From the IMG/VR virus record IMGVR_UViG_3300020202_000013, positions 1-51,014 of that record: 51,014 nucleotides of DNA. One strand, 5' to 3'. The notes beneath the pieces are model-generated. The model searched no databases. It saw only the letters and a program-made list of their open reading frames with translations, and was not told the DNA's origin. This stretch comes from a virus (Duplodnaviria > Caudoviricetes). Position 1 is the first letter of the stretch. Each line of letters opens with the position of its first letter. The position numbers and the translations under genes are program-made. This document shows, piece after piece, positions 26,348 to 34,273 of the stretch.

Positions 26348-28756
26348 ATGGGCCTGATCACCACCCTCCGCGACGGCTTCGCCAACATCATGACCGGCAC
26401 CGGAACGTCTGTCGATAAGCGCGCATATGGCGGGTTTGTCCACGCCCCGATGTCGCCGCAGCAGATCGAGGCGGCCTACCGCGGTTCATGGCTGATGCGG
26501 AAAGCCATCAAGCGCCCAGCAAAGGACATGACCCGCGAGTGGCGCGATTGGCAGGCCGAAAAGCGCGAAATCACGTTCCTTGAAGCGGCGGAGCGGAAGC
26601 TCGGCCTGAGGGACAAGATCAGGCGGGCGCTCATCCTAGGGCGGCTTGGAGGCGGCGCGATCATCATCGGAGCCCCTCAGGGCAACCCGCTCCTCCCGCT
26701 CAACCTGAAGGCGATTGGCGAAGGTGGCCTGCGCTACCTTCACGTCGTCTCCCGCTGGCAGCTGACTCTTGGGCCAATGATCACCGACCCGGAGAACGAT
26801 CTGTGCGGACAACCGGAATACTTCGAATTGCACGGCTCTGGCGCCAGGGAGAAAATTCACCCCTCACGCGTGTTGGCATTTCGCGGCGAGCAAGTTCCAG
26901 AGATGGGCGTCGGCCGCTTCGATGACACGTTCTGGGGCGATAGTCTCGTGCAGGTCATTCACAGCGCCGTGCTGAACGCTGAGGCTGCCCAGAGCAATAT
27001 CTCAAGCCTGATCGACGAAGCGAAGATCGACGTCGTGAAGGTCAAAGACCTGATGGCGAACGCGGGCAGCAAAGAATACGAAACGGCTTTCATGCGTCGG
27101 ATCGAGCTCGCCCAGGCCGGGAAGAGCGTGCACCGCGCCCTGATCCTCGATTCCGAGGAGGATTGGCAGCAGAAGCAAATCACCTGGAATGGCATTCCGG
27201 ACGTGCTTCGGACCTACCTCGCGATCGTCGCGGGTGCTGCAGATATCCCGGCCACGATTCTGCTCGGCAAATCGCCGGACGGCATGAACGCCACGGGAGA
27301 TGCCGACTTCCGCGCCTACTACGATCAGATTCGATCGGACCAGGATAATGACCTGCGTCCCCTGATCGAGCGGCTAGACGAAGTCCTCATCAGATCGACA
27401 TTCGGCAGACCTCTCGCGGATGTGGGCTTCACCTTCGCGCCCCTGTGGCAGCTGGACGAGAAGGAGGCCGGGGAGGTTGAGAACAAGTTCGCGGACACGG
27501 TCACCAAGCTCGTCAACAGCGGCACCGTGCCCGTGGATGCGCTCTCAAAGGCCGTCCAGAACCGCATGGTCGAAAGTGGGCAGTGGCCAGGCCTGGATGG
27601 GGCGCTCGATGAGTCTGACGGCGAGCTGCCGGGCCAAGAGGAAGACGAGGCCGATCCCTCCGATCTTCAGGCTGCGAACGAGAACAACGTGGTCCAGCTG
27701 CGCCGCCGTGGGTCAATCACTGCCGACCAGGCAACCGCGCTCCTCACGGACGCCAAGCCACGCACCCTCTACGTCCAGCGCAAGCTCCTGAACGGGGCCG
27801 AATTCATCCGCTGGGCGAAGGGGGAGGGGTTCGAGACCACCACGCCCGCCGACGAGTTGCACGTCACCATCTGCTTCAGCCGCACGCCGGTCGATTGGAT
27901 GAAGATGGGCAGCGAGTGGAGCAGCAGCGAGGATGGCAAGCTGACCGTCCCTGCTGGCGGTGCGCGCCTGGTAGAGAAGCTGGGCGACAAGGGCGCGGTC
28001 GTGCTGCTGTTCGCCTCCTCCTCGCTCGCCTGGCGGCACGAGGACATGAAACGGAACGGGGCAAGCTTCGACTTTGACGAATATCAGCCGCACGTCACGA
28101 TTACCTATCAGGCACCGGCAGACCTCGATCTCTCCAAGGTCGAGCCCTTCCGCGGCAAGCTCGTGTTCGGGCCGGAGATCTTCTCCGAGGTGGAAGAGGA
28201 TTGGGAAAAGAGCCTCGTCGAAGACGGAGGTGGGCCGAACGCCGATCTCCCTTTCGCTGATGCGAAGCGGCGCCGTGGTGGGGGCGCAGGAAGCCGGCCT
28301 GGCTTCAACCAAGCGCAGCCTCGCGGTCGGGACGGGCGATGGGTCGAGACCGGCGCTGGTAAGACGAACATCCGAAGCCACGTTGCCAAGGCGCTGAAGG
28401 ACAAGACGTTCAAGCAGGACCATGAGTTCGGCCGCGTGACCGGCAACGCACCCCCGCACGTCATCGGCAGCCGGAGGGTGGCGAATGCTCAAGAGATCAG
28501 GAAGAACCACGGGCGGCATGGCGATCCGGTAACGGAGGCTGCTCGCGGACAGGCCCCGGTCACTGCTCGCGACTATGGCAGGATCCCGGAGATCACCGCG
28601 AAAGGCACCTATCGGGAGATCGGAACCAAGGGTGCCCGAAAGCCGGTTCGTGTCGAGTACCGGGTCCGCATCGGCAAGCACGAGTATGTCTACACGGAGA
28701 CGGTCGGGGCAGCGCGGCAAAGGGTCGCGCTCATCTCGCTGTACAAGAAGCTGTGA
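26348..28756 (+). CDS. portal protein (DUF1073-type) fused to Acb1-like 2H-phosphoesterase and C-terminal PBECR3-like nuclease
   Basis: Portal motifs (IHPSRVL, WGDS, GAADIPATILLGKSPDGMNATG..D); two HVT motifs; FNQAQPRGRDGRW; RHG..EAARGQAPVT..D...IPEI...YTETV...LYKK. Confidence 0.88.
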   Translation: MGLITTLRDGFANIMTGTGTSVDKRAYGGFVHAPMSPQQIEAAYRGSWLMRKAIKRPAKDMTREWRDWQAEKREITFLEAAERKLGLRDKIRRALILGRLGGGAIIIGAPQGNPLLPLNLKAIGEGGLRYLHVVSRWQLTLGPMITDPENDLCGQPEYFELHGSGAREKIHPSRVLAFRGEQVPEMGVGRFDDTFWGDSLVQVIHSAVLNAEAAQSNISSLIDEAKIDVVKVKDLMANAGSKEYETAFMRRIELAQAGKSVHRALILDSEEDWQQKQITWNGIPDVLRTYLAIVAGAADIPATILLGKSPDGMNATGDADFRAYYDQIRSDQDNDLRPLIERLDEVLIRSTFGRPLADVGFTFAPLWQLDEKEAGEVENKFADTVTKLVNSGTVPVDALSKAVQNRMVESGQWPGLDGALDESDGELPGQEEDEADPSDLQAANENNVVQLRRRGSITADQATALLTDAKPRTLYVQRKLLNGAEFIRWAKGEGFETTTPADELHVTICFSRTPVDWMKMGSEWSSSEDGKLTVPAGGARLVEKLGDKGAVVLLFASSSLAWRHEDMKRNGASFDFDEYQPHVTITYQAPADLDLSKVEPFRGKLVFGPEIFSEVEEDWEKSLVEDGGGPNADLPFADAKRRRGGGAGSRPGFNQAQPRGRDGRWVETGAGKTNIRSHVAKALKDKTFKQDHEFGRVTGNAPPHVIGSRRVANAQEIRKNHGRHGDPVTEAARGQAPVTARDYGRIPEITAKGTYREIGTKGARKPVRVEYRVRIGKHEYVYTETVGAARQRVALISLYKKL
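27755..28220 (+). other. Acb1-like (anti-CBASS) 2H-phosphoesterase domain within portal ORF
   Basis: RTLYVQRKLLN...ELHVTICFS (27860)...YQPHVTITY (28091)...FGPEIF. Confidence 0.8.
28300..28756 (+). other. PBECR3-like RNase domain within portal ORF
   Basis: HG-x-E..RGQ..T..D...IP motif and terminal beta strands ending SLYKKL. Confidence 0.65.
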
Positions 28757-28830
28757 AGGTGGGCCCGCGGGGTCAGATGCCGAAGCCCCTGACCGGTGAC
28801 ACGTCCGAAACACGGCGGGCCCAGGACCTT
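28756..28830 (+). ncRNA. candidate structured RNA immediately 3' of the nuclease domain
   Basis: AAGGT/ACCTT and TGGGCCCGC/GCGGGCCCA outer stems, GGTCAG/CTGACC inner stem, unpaired ACGTCCGAAAC. Confidence 0.6.
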
Positions 28831-28856
28831 GATAGTCGCAAGCAGCTGAATTTTCA

Positions 28857-29654
28857 ATGACCGAGATTGACCTTCCGAAGCTGGTCCGGGCACGCGGCAT
28901 CCGGCGCACCATCACAATCCGCCCGATCATGCCGCCGCGCACGCTCGCCAAGGAGCTGCTGAACGCGCTCTACGCCCCGAGCATCAGAATGTGGGCAGCC
29001 GGGCTTGACCGGATCCTCGCCGCATACGAGCAGACGCTTTCGCAGCTGACCACGGACTCGCCGGCCGACATCGATCGGGAGATTGGCGCGTCGGCATCCG
29101 CCTTTGATCGCCTGCTCCTCGTTCTGACGCCGGCGCTGCGGAATTGGGGCGTGCGGGTCGAGCGCTGGCATCGCGGCCGATGGATTGCGAACGTGCTCTC
29201 GGCAACCTCGATCGACCTCGGCACCATGCTGACGATCGGGGACGTCGAGGAGACCGTGGACGTGGTGATCCGCCGCAACGTGTCGCTGGTCAGGGACGTG
29301 TCGGAGCAGGCAAGGGGCCGCATTGCCGATGCCGTGTTCCGAGGCGTGCAGCAGCGTACGCCAGTACGGGAGGTGGCGAAGGAGCTGCGCGAGGCGGTCG
29401 AGATGGGGCGCCAGCGGTCAATCCGCATCGCGGCGGATCAGGCGACGAAGCTCACCACCGCCCTCGACACCGAGCGCATGAAGCAGGCGGGCATCGAGAA
29501 GTGGGAATGGAAGCATTCGGGGAAGCTCCATCCCAGGCAGCAGCATCTGGCGCGGGATGGGAAGGTCTACACCTTCGACGATCCGCCCGCTGATATGCCT
29601 GGGGATCTGCCGTTCTGTGGGTGCCGGAAGCTCGCGGTGATCGAGTTGGATTAG
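28857..29654 (+). CDS. minor head protein, MuF/SPP1 gp7 family
   Basis: RIAADQATKL...WEWKHSG...RQQHLARDGKVY...PGDLPFCGC. Confidence 0.9.
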   Translation: MTEIDLPKLVRARGIRRTITIRPIMPPRTLAKELLNALYAPSIRMWAAGLDRILAAYEQTLSQLTTDSPADIDREIGASASAFDRLLLVLTPALRNWGVRVERWHRGRWIANVLSATSIDLGTMLTIGDVEETVDVVIRRNVSLVRDVSEQARGRIADAVFRGVQQRTPVREVAKELREAVEMGRQRSIRIAADQATKLTTALDTERMKQAGIEKWEWKHSGKLHPRQQHLARDGKVYTFDDPPADMPGDLPFCGCRKLAVIELD

Positions 29655-30133
29655 CGGCGCCGAGGCTGAGGAAGCGAATCCAGCCTGGGTCGATGCCCAT
29701 CGGTGACGATTTCAAAATCACAGCGTTTGCATTGCAGCATTGTCATCCGCCCAGCGGAAATAAGTTCGGTCTGTAGAACCGACTTCCTTCGGTCATCAAA
29801 GCAGTTTGGGCAGAGCCACACCCTCGGATCTTCGAACTCGGTCCGCTGAAACGCGTACGTGCCTTGAGCCACCTCCTTGAGCGCGTACTTGGCGGCCTCC
29901 TCCTCCCACGCTTTCATTGTCGCCAGTGTGTTTCGCAGGCTCTCAATCTCGGCCTGGAGCTTCGCCTCGGATTCCGCTGCTTCGACGGCTTGGAGGCGGG
30001 CACTCAACAACTGGTCCAGCATGTCGCTGATCGCCTGCTTCACATCGGTCGTGGTCTGAAGCGCCTGGACGCCTTTGGCGATATCGAAGGCGGCTTTGAT
30101 GCTGCCGATCGCAGCTGCAGTTTCTGTGAGCAT
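29651..30133 (-). CDS. coiled-coil plus zinc-ribbon moron protein
   Basis: AIGSIKAAFDIAKG...WLCPNCFDD.RKSVLQ...CKRC; GAGG RBS; antisense within head module. Confidence 0.75.
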   Translation of the reverse strand: MLTETAAAIGSIKAAFDIAKGVQALQTTTDVKQAISDMLDQLLSARLQAVEAAESEAKLQAEIESLRNTLATMKAWEEEAAKYALKEVAQGTYAFQRTEFEDPRVWLCPNCFDDRRKSVLQTELISAGRMTMLQCKRCDFEIVTDGHRPRLDSLPQPRRR

Positions 30134-30186
30134 TCTGCCGTCTACCTCAGTGCGAGCGCCGCCGCCACCTAGTAGCGCCAGCAGCC

Positions 30187-30219
30187 GCCGTAACGTCGAC
30201 CCGCCGCAATCGCCAAATT
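30187..30219 (+). promoter_or_regulatory. late promoter variant GCCGTAA-N20-CAAATT
   Basis: Same spacing; ATG 8 nt downstream, same cggccccATG context as the portal. Confidence 0.55.
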
Positions 30220-30227
30220 GCGGCCCC

Positions 30228-30350
30228 ATGGCGTCGGCGATCTACAATTCGACAATCGCAGAAGAGGCGCGGGCCTATTCTGGGAACCTCGGCTTCGCGA
30301 ATGGCGTGCTCCGGCCGGCGGTCACCCAGCACACCGGAGCTTATGCATGA
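30228..30350 (+). CDS. 40-aa ORF MASAIYNSTIAEE..., possible gene remnant
   Basis: Leaderless start after promoter motif, ATGA-coupled to next gene. Confidence 0.45.
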   Translation: MASAIYNSTIAEEARAYSGNLGFANGVLRPAVTQHTGAYA

Positions 30351-31147
30351 TCCTCACAGCGCTCGCCATTGTCGCGGCCACACCATCGACGATCCATTCC
30401 GCTCTGTGGGAAGCCAAGCCTGGCGACACCATCAAGCTCACTGCGGGCGATTATGGTACGGTGACGATCAAGGACCGGAACTGGCCCAAGCGGATCACGC
30501 TCAACGCTTCCGGTGCCAAGCTAAGGCTGGTCATCCAGAACTCCAGCGGAATCTACGTCAATGGAGGCACTTTCGGGCCCAACATGGACGGCGCGGGTTA
30601 TGCGGCCCAGGTGCAACTCTCGAAGGATGTAACCTTCTACAAGTCGGCGTTTGTGAATAGCAAACGCGGGCTGGTGATCGATCGCTCGCAACGCGTGAAG
30701 GTCAGCTATGCCCGTTTCTCGGAGATGACGATCGATGGCGTCAACATCGCTCTCTCCCAGCAGGTGACCGTTTTGAACATCGTCTGCGAGAAGTTCGACA
30801 CTGGCGAGGCACACCCGGACTGCGTCCAGGGCTGGTCCAGGCCCGGCGGCATCACGTCCGATGTGCTGGTGGAAAAGGTGACTTTGAACGGGCCGAAGGT
30901 GCAGGGGATTTTCTTCGGCAATCATGTCCGCAACGGCGTCAATGACGGCGGCTACGACCGCATCGTCATCCGGAACAACTCAATCACCGGGTCCTATCCG
31001 CAGGGCATCGGCCTCTACGAGTGCCGCAACTGCGAGGTGACGGGAAATCGAGTGTCGACGCTACCCGGATCCAAGCATCGGGTGAGCATCAACATCGTTG
31101 GCGGGTCGGTGAAGGCCGAGAACAACAGCGTGGGGCCGAAGCCGTAG
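30347..31147 (+). CDS. right-handed parallel beta-helix protein (pectin-lyase-like)
   Basis: AKPGDTIKLTAGDYG, HPDCVQ, repeated beta-coil strands; short hydrophobic N-terminus. Confidence 0.8.
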   Translation: MILTALAIVAATPSTIHSALWEAKPGDTIKLTAGDYGTVTIKDRNWPKRITLNASGAKLRLVIQNSSGIYVNGGTFGPNMDGAGYAAQVQLSKDVTFYKSAFVNSKRGLVIDRSQRVKVSYARFSEMTIDGVNIALSQQVTVLNIVCEKFDTGEAHPDCVQGWSRPGGITSDVLVEKVTLNGPKVQGIFFGNHVRNGVNDGGYDRIVIRNNSITGSYPQGIGLYECRNCEVTGNRVSTLPGSKHRVSINIVGGSVKAENNSVGPKP

Positions 31148-31160
31148 CGCGATTCGTGCC

Positions 31161-31193
31161 GCCGTAAATCGCACGTGGGGCCGCCGCTACATT
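31161..31193 (+). promoter_or_regulatory. late promoter GCCGTAA-N20-TACATT; leaderless start at 31201
   Basis: Motif family; ATG 7 nt after the -10 box. Confidence 0.7.
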
Positions 31194-31200
31194 GCCGGCC

Positions 31201-32391
31201 ATGTTCATGGCAGATCAGCTCACGCTCGACACTCCGCGCCGCACCAAGGAAGGTTACGTCGCGGTCCGGGCCAAAGCAGCTCGAGCAGGCGTGTACGACT
31301 ATCTTGGCGCCGAGGTCGATCCGGAGGGCAAGCGCTTCCGGGCCACCGACACCGTCAAGGTCTACCGCTCGGAAGACGAGGTATTCGATCCGGCCTCTCT
31401 CCACAGCTTCCTGATGAAGCCGATCACGGACAATCATCCCAGCCAATCGGTCACGGCCTCCAATTGGAAGGATCTGGCCGGCGGCGTCATCGCCAAGGCC
31501 ATCCGAGACGGGGATCACGTCGCGTTCGATCTCGTGCTCATGGACGAGAAGACGATCGCCGCGGTTGATTCCGGCAAGCGCGAGCTTTCGAACGGATATG
31601 CCTGCGAGCTTGAGTTCGGCGATGGCGTGGCTCCTGACGGCACCCCCTACCAGGCTGAGCAGCGCAACATCCGCGGCAATCACGTCGCGATCGTGGACCG
31701 GGCCCGCGGCGGCTCCAAATGCCGGATCGGGGACCAGATCGCTGTCTGCGACGCGATCTCAGTCGAGGACTTCCTCGACCGCCGTAAACCGAACGAGAAC
31801 CCACACCTATTTTCGCCCCAAGTTCAATCGAGGGACTCCAAGATGCCTCACGTGCTCATCATCGACGGCCTGCAGGTGCCGAATGTCTCTGACGAGGCCA
31901 AGGCCGCGATCGAGAAGCTGCAGGGGCAGCTGAAGGACAGCACCGGTACCGCCGAGCGTCTTCAGGGTGATTTGCAGACCGCTACCGGCTCAATTGCCGC
32001 CAAGGACGGTGAGATTGCGGTCCTCAAGCAGCAGCTCGCGGACGCAACGGACCCGGTGAAGCGGCAGCAGGAAGCCGCCGCCCGCGCCTCTCTCATCGGG
32101 GACGCCAAGCGCATCCATCCCACCGTGCAGATCGGTGACGCGATGACCGACGCCCAAATCCGCAAGGCCGTTGTCGACGCCAAGGTGCCGAACCACACGC
32201 TCGGCGACGACGAAAAGGCCATTGGCGGCGCATTCAGCATGTTGGTCGCCACGACGCCAACCCAAACGAACGACAGCCTCCGCACGGTCATCGCATCCGG
32301 CGTGACGAACGTCGCTGACGCAGCTGCGGTCGAATCCGCCGCGCTCAACAAGGCGAACGACTTCAACTCCTGGCGGAACCAGGCCGCTTAA
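31201..32391 (+). CDS. DUF2213 prohead protease/scaffold protein
   Basis: ARAGVYDYLG, KPITDNHP, RELSNGY, NHVAIVDRARGG; coiled-coil C-terminal half. Confidence 0.9.
   Translation: MFMADQLTLDTPRRTKEGYVAVRAKAARAGVYDYLGAEVDPEGKRFRATDTVKVYRSEDEVFDPASLHSFLMKPITDNHPSQSVTASNWKDLAGGVIAKAIRDGDHVAFDLVLMDEKTIAAVDSGKRELSNGYACELEFGDGVAPDGTPYQAEQRNIRGNHVAIVDRARGGSKCRIGDQIAVCDAISVEDFLDRRKPNENPHLFSPQVQSRDSKMPHVLIIDGLQVPNVSDEAKAAIEKLQGQLKDSTGTAERLQGDLQTATGSIAAKDGEIAVLKQQLADATDPVKRQQEAAARASLIGDAKRIHPTVQIGDAMTDAQIRKAVVDAKVPNHTLGDDEKAIGGAFSMLVATTPTQTNDSLRTVIASGVTNVADAAAVESAALNKANDFNSWRNQAA
31781..31813 (+). promoter_or_regulatory. internal late promoter GCCGTAA-N20-TATTTT for nested scaffold gene
   Basis: Followed by GAGGGA RBS and in-frame ATG at 31843. 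Confidence 0.65.
31843..32391 (+). CDS. nested in-frame scaffolding protein (MPHVLIIDGL...)
   Basis: Own promoter motif and RBS; coiled coil. Confidence 0.6.
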   Translation: MPHVLIIDGLQVPNVSDEAKAAIEKLQGQLKDSTGTAERLQGDLQTATGSIAAKDGEIAVLKQQLADATDPVKRQQEAAARASLIGDAKRIHPTVQIGDAMTDAQIRKAVVDAKVPNHTLGDDEKAIGGAFSMLVATTPTQTNDSLRTVIASGVTNVADAAAVESAALNKANDFNSWRNQAA

Positions 32392-32411
32392 GCGCCGAAG
32401 GGGAACCTCAA

Positions 32412-32861
32412 ATGCCTGTGCAGACCAGCTACACCCAGTTCCAGCCCGCCGGTTATCCCGGAATGCACGCCGACATGCGTGAGTGGGACGGCCAGACCAA
32501 GACGGCCACGGCCGCCATTGCCTTTGGCGCTCCCGTTCAGCGGGTAGGCGACGACGGCTGCGCCCCGCTCACCAACGGCGAGTATATTGGCATCGCCAAG
32601 GCCATGCACCTCGTGTCCGGCAACGGTGACAGCTATGTCGCTGGCGATAACGTACCCGTGGTGGATGAAGGCGCTTGGTACGGCCTCTCTGACGGGGCGA
32701 TTGCTTCCGGTGCCGCCCTCAACTGGAACAGCACCTCCGGGCGCTGGACGACCGCTGCAGTCGCTGGAGCGATCTACGCGGTGCCGCAGGCTGAGGCCGA
32801 GACCGGCGCTTCCGGCGCTGGCGTCATCTTCAAGGTGCGGCTCCGCCGCATCCCGTCCTAA
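32412..32861 (+). CDS. capsid decoration/cement protein
   Basis: GYPGMHAD, AIAFGAPV; position between scaffold and capsid genes. Confidence 0.8.
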   Translation: MPVQTSYTQFQPAGYPGMHADMREWDGQTKTATAAIAFGAPVQRVGDDGCAPLTNGEYIGIAKAMHLVSGNGDSYVAGDNVPVVDEGAWYGLSDGAIASGAALNWNSTSGRWTTAAVAGAIYAVPQAEAETGASGAGVIFKVRLRRIPS

Positions 32862-32875
32862 AGGGGGCCTGACCC

Positions 32876-33841
32876 ATGTATCTGCAGATGAATGACGCTC
32901 AGCAGGCCGCTTTCGGCTTCGTCGTCAACCAGGCCTTCACGATCAACACCCGGATCTACGAGACCGCGTTCCCCGATCTCGACTTCGGACGCCTCGTCTT
33001 CGTCGACACCTCGGCGCCCGAGTATACTCCCGGCATCATCACGTTCATCTCCAGCACCGTCGGCAAGGCGGCCTGGTTCACGACCGGGGCAAAGGACGTC
33101 GCGAAGGCAGATGTCACGCGGGACCGGTCCGACGTTCGCGTCCACATGGCCGCCGTCGGCTATGGCTACGACACCGAGGAGATCGGCCAAGCGCAGCTCA
33201 TGGGCATGAACCTCGACGCAGGCAAGGCGCTCGCCGCTCGCCGCGCCTACACCGAGTTCATGTGGAACATCACCCTCACCGGTGACACCACCAAGGGTCT
33301 GAAGGGGCTCGCCAATCAGACGGGTGTCACCGCCGGACTCGCCCCCGCAGACGGGACGGGAAGCGTTACCACCTGGTTCAACGGCAGCGGTGTGCTGACC
33401 AAGACCCCGGCGCAAATTGTGCGGGACGTAAACTCGGTTCTGACCGGGATCTTCACCGGTTCGCTCACCGTCGAGATGGCGGACACGCTGCTGCTGCCGT
33501 ACGCCACGGTCTCGTACCTCGGCTCGACCCCGATGAGTGACACGAACCAGGAGACGGTTCTGGCGTTCATTCTTCGGACCAACATCTACACCCAGATGAC
33601 CGGTCGGCCGCTCACAATCCGCGGCGTGCTCGGCCTCGATACGCAAGGTGCCGGCGGAACCCGTCGCATGGTCGCTTATGCCAACCGCGAGGACGTCGTG
33701 AAGCTGCATCTCCCGATGCCGCACCGCTTCTTCCCGGTCTATCAGGACGGCCCGTTCAACTTCGAGGTTCCCGGCGCTTTCCGCACCGGCGGCGTCGAAG
33801 CTCTCCGACCTGGTGCCTTCCGCTACCTGGATGGGATCTGA
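32876..33841 (+). CDS. major capsid protein (DUF2184 family)
   Basis: GYGYDTEEI, GLKGLAN, DTLLLP, RRMVAY, RTGGVE..RPGAFRYLDGI. Confidence 0.92.
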   Translation: MYLQMNDAQQAAFGFVVNQAFTINTRIYETAFPDLDFGRLVFVDTSAPEYTPGIITFISSTVGKAAWFTTGAKDVAKADVTRDRSDVRVHMAAVGYGYDTEEIGQAQLMGMNLDAGKALAARRAYTEFMWNITLTGDTTKGLKGLANQTGVTAGLAPADGTGSVTTWFNGSGVLTKTPAQIVRDVNSVLTGIFTGSLTVEMADTLLLPYATVSYLGSTPMSDTNQETVLAFILRTNIYTQMTGRPLTIRGVLGLDTQGAGGTRRMVAYANREDVVKLHLPMPHRFFPVYQDGPFNFEVPGAFRTGGVEALRPGAFRYLDGI

Positions 33842-33844
33842 TCC

Positions 33845-34153
33845 ATGCCCAAGCACAGCTTCAAGAACATGAGCGACGGTCCCCGGGTGCTCAACTCGAA
33901 CCCACCTCAGATCCTTCAGCCCGGCGGCGAGACGGACGGCCCGGTTGACATCAGCGATGCCGAGCTGAAGTCGATGCGGTCTGCCGGCTATTTCGAGATC
34001 GACGGAAGCTCGGACAGTGACGAGCTCGTCTCGCTCTCCGGGAAGAACAAGGATCAGCTGCTTCAGATCGCCAAGGACGAGGGCGCCGACGTCCCCGAGG
34101 GCGCTACCAACGCCCAGATCGTCGAGGCGATCGAAAAGAAGCGGGCCAGCTAG
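33845..34153 (+). CDS. capsid-associated protein with C-terminal HeH/LEM-like motif
   Basis: KDQLLQIAKDEGADVPEGATNAQIVEAI. Confidence 0.7.
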   Translation: MPKHSFKNMSDGPRVLNSNPPQILQPGGETDGPVDISDAELKSMRSAGYFEIDGSSDSDELVSLSGKNKDQLLQIAKDEGADVPEGATNAQIVEAIEKKRAS

Positions 34154-34159
34154 GATTGT

Positions 34160-34183
34160 GAGGCCCCGGCGGGTCTCGTTTCC
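34160..34183 (+). terminator. possible intrinsic terminator after capsid genes
   Basis: GAGGCCC-cggc-GGGTCTC stem followed by gtttc (short U-tract). Confidence 0.45.
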
Positions 34184-34273
34184 CACTACGGCCGCTGAGT
34201 TCCGAGCGAGTTCTGCGACCCTACGCCGCTCGTGCTTGGCCGGGCGGCGATTTTCTATGGAAAGGATAAACTG

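Noticed and set aside
28756-28830. Hammerhead ribozyme or intrinsic terminator
   Set aside because: It has GATG and GAAAC but lacks the CUGANGA core in the right topology, and has no U-tract; kept as an unknown RNA.
27713-28951. Long antisense ORFs (also 24282-25205, 32858-34186, 35110-36261, 49460-50758)
   Set aside because: Shadow frames of GC-rich genes with recognisable products on the plus strand; no motifs or RBS.
34199-34213. Second GTTC-N7-GTTC LexA box
   Set aside because: GC-rich spacer, lies within an RNA stem in the late operon, and about one chance match is expected in a genome this size.
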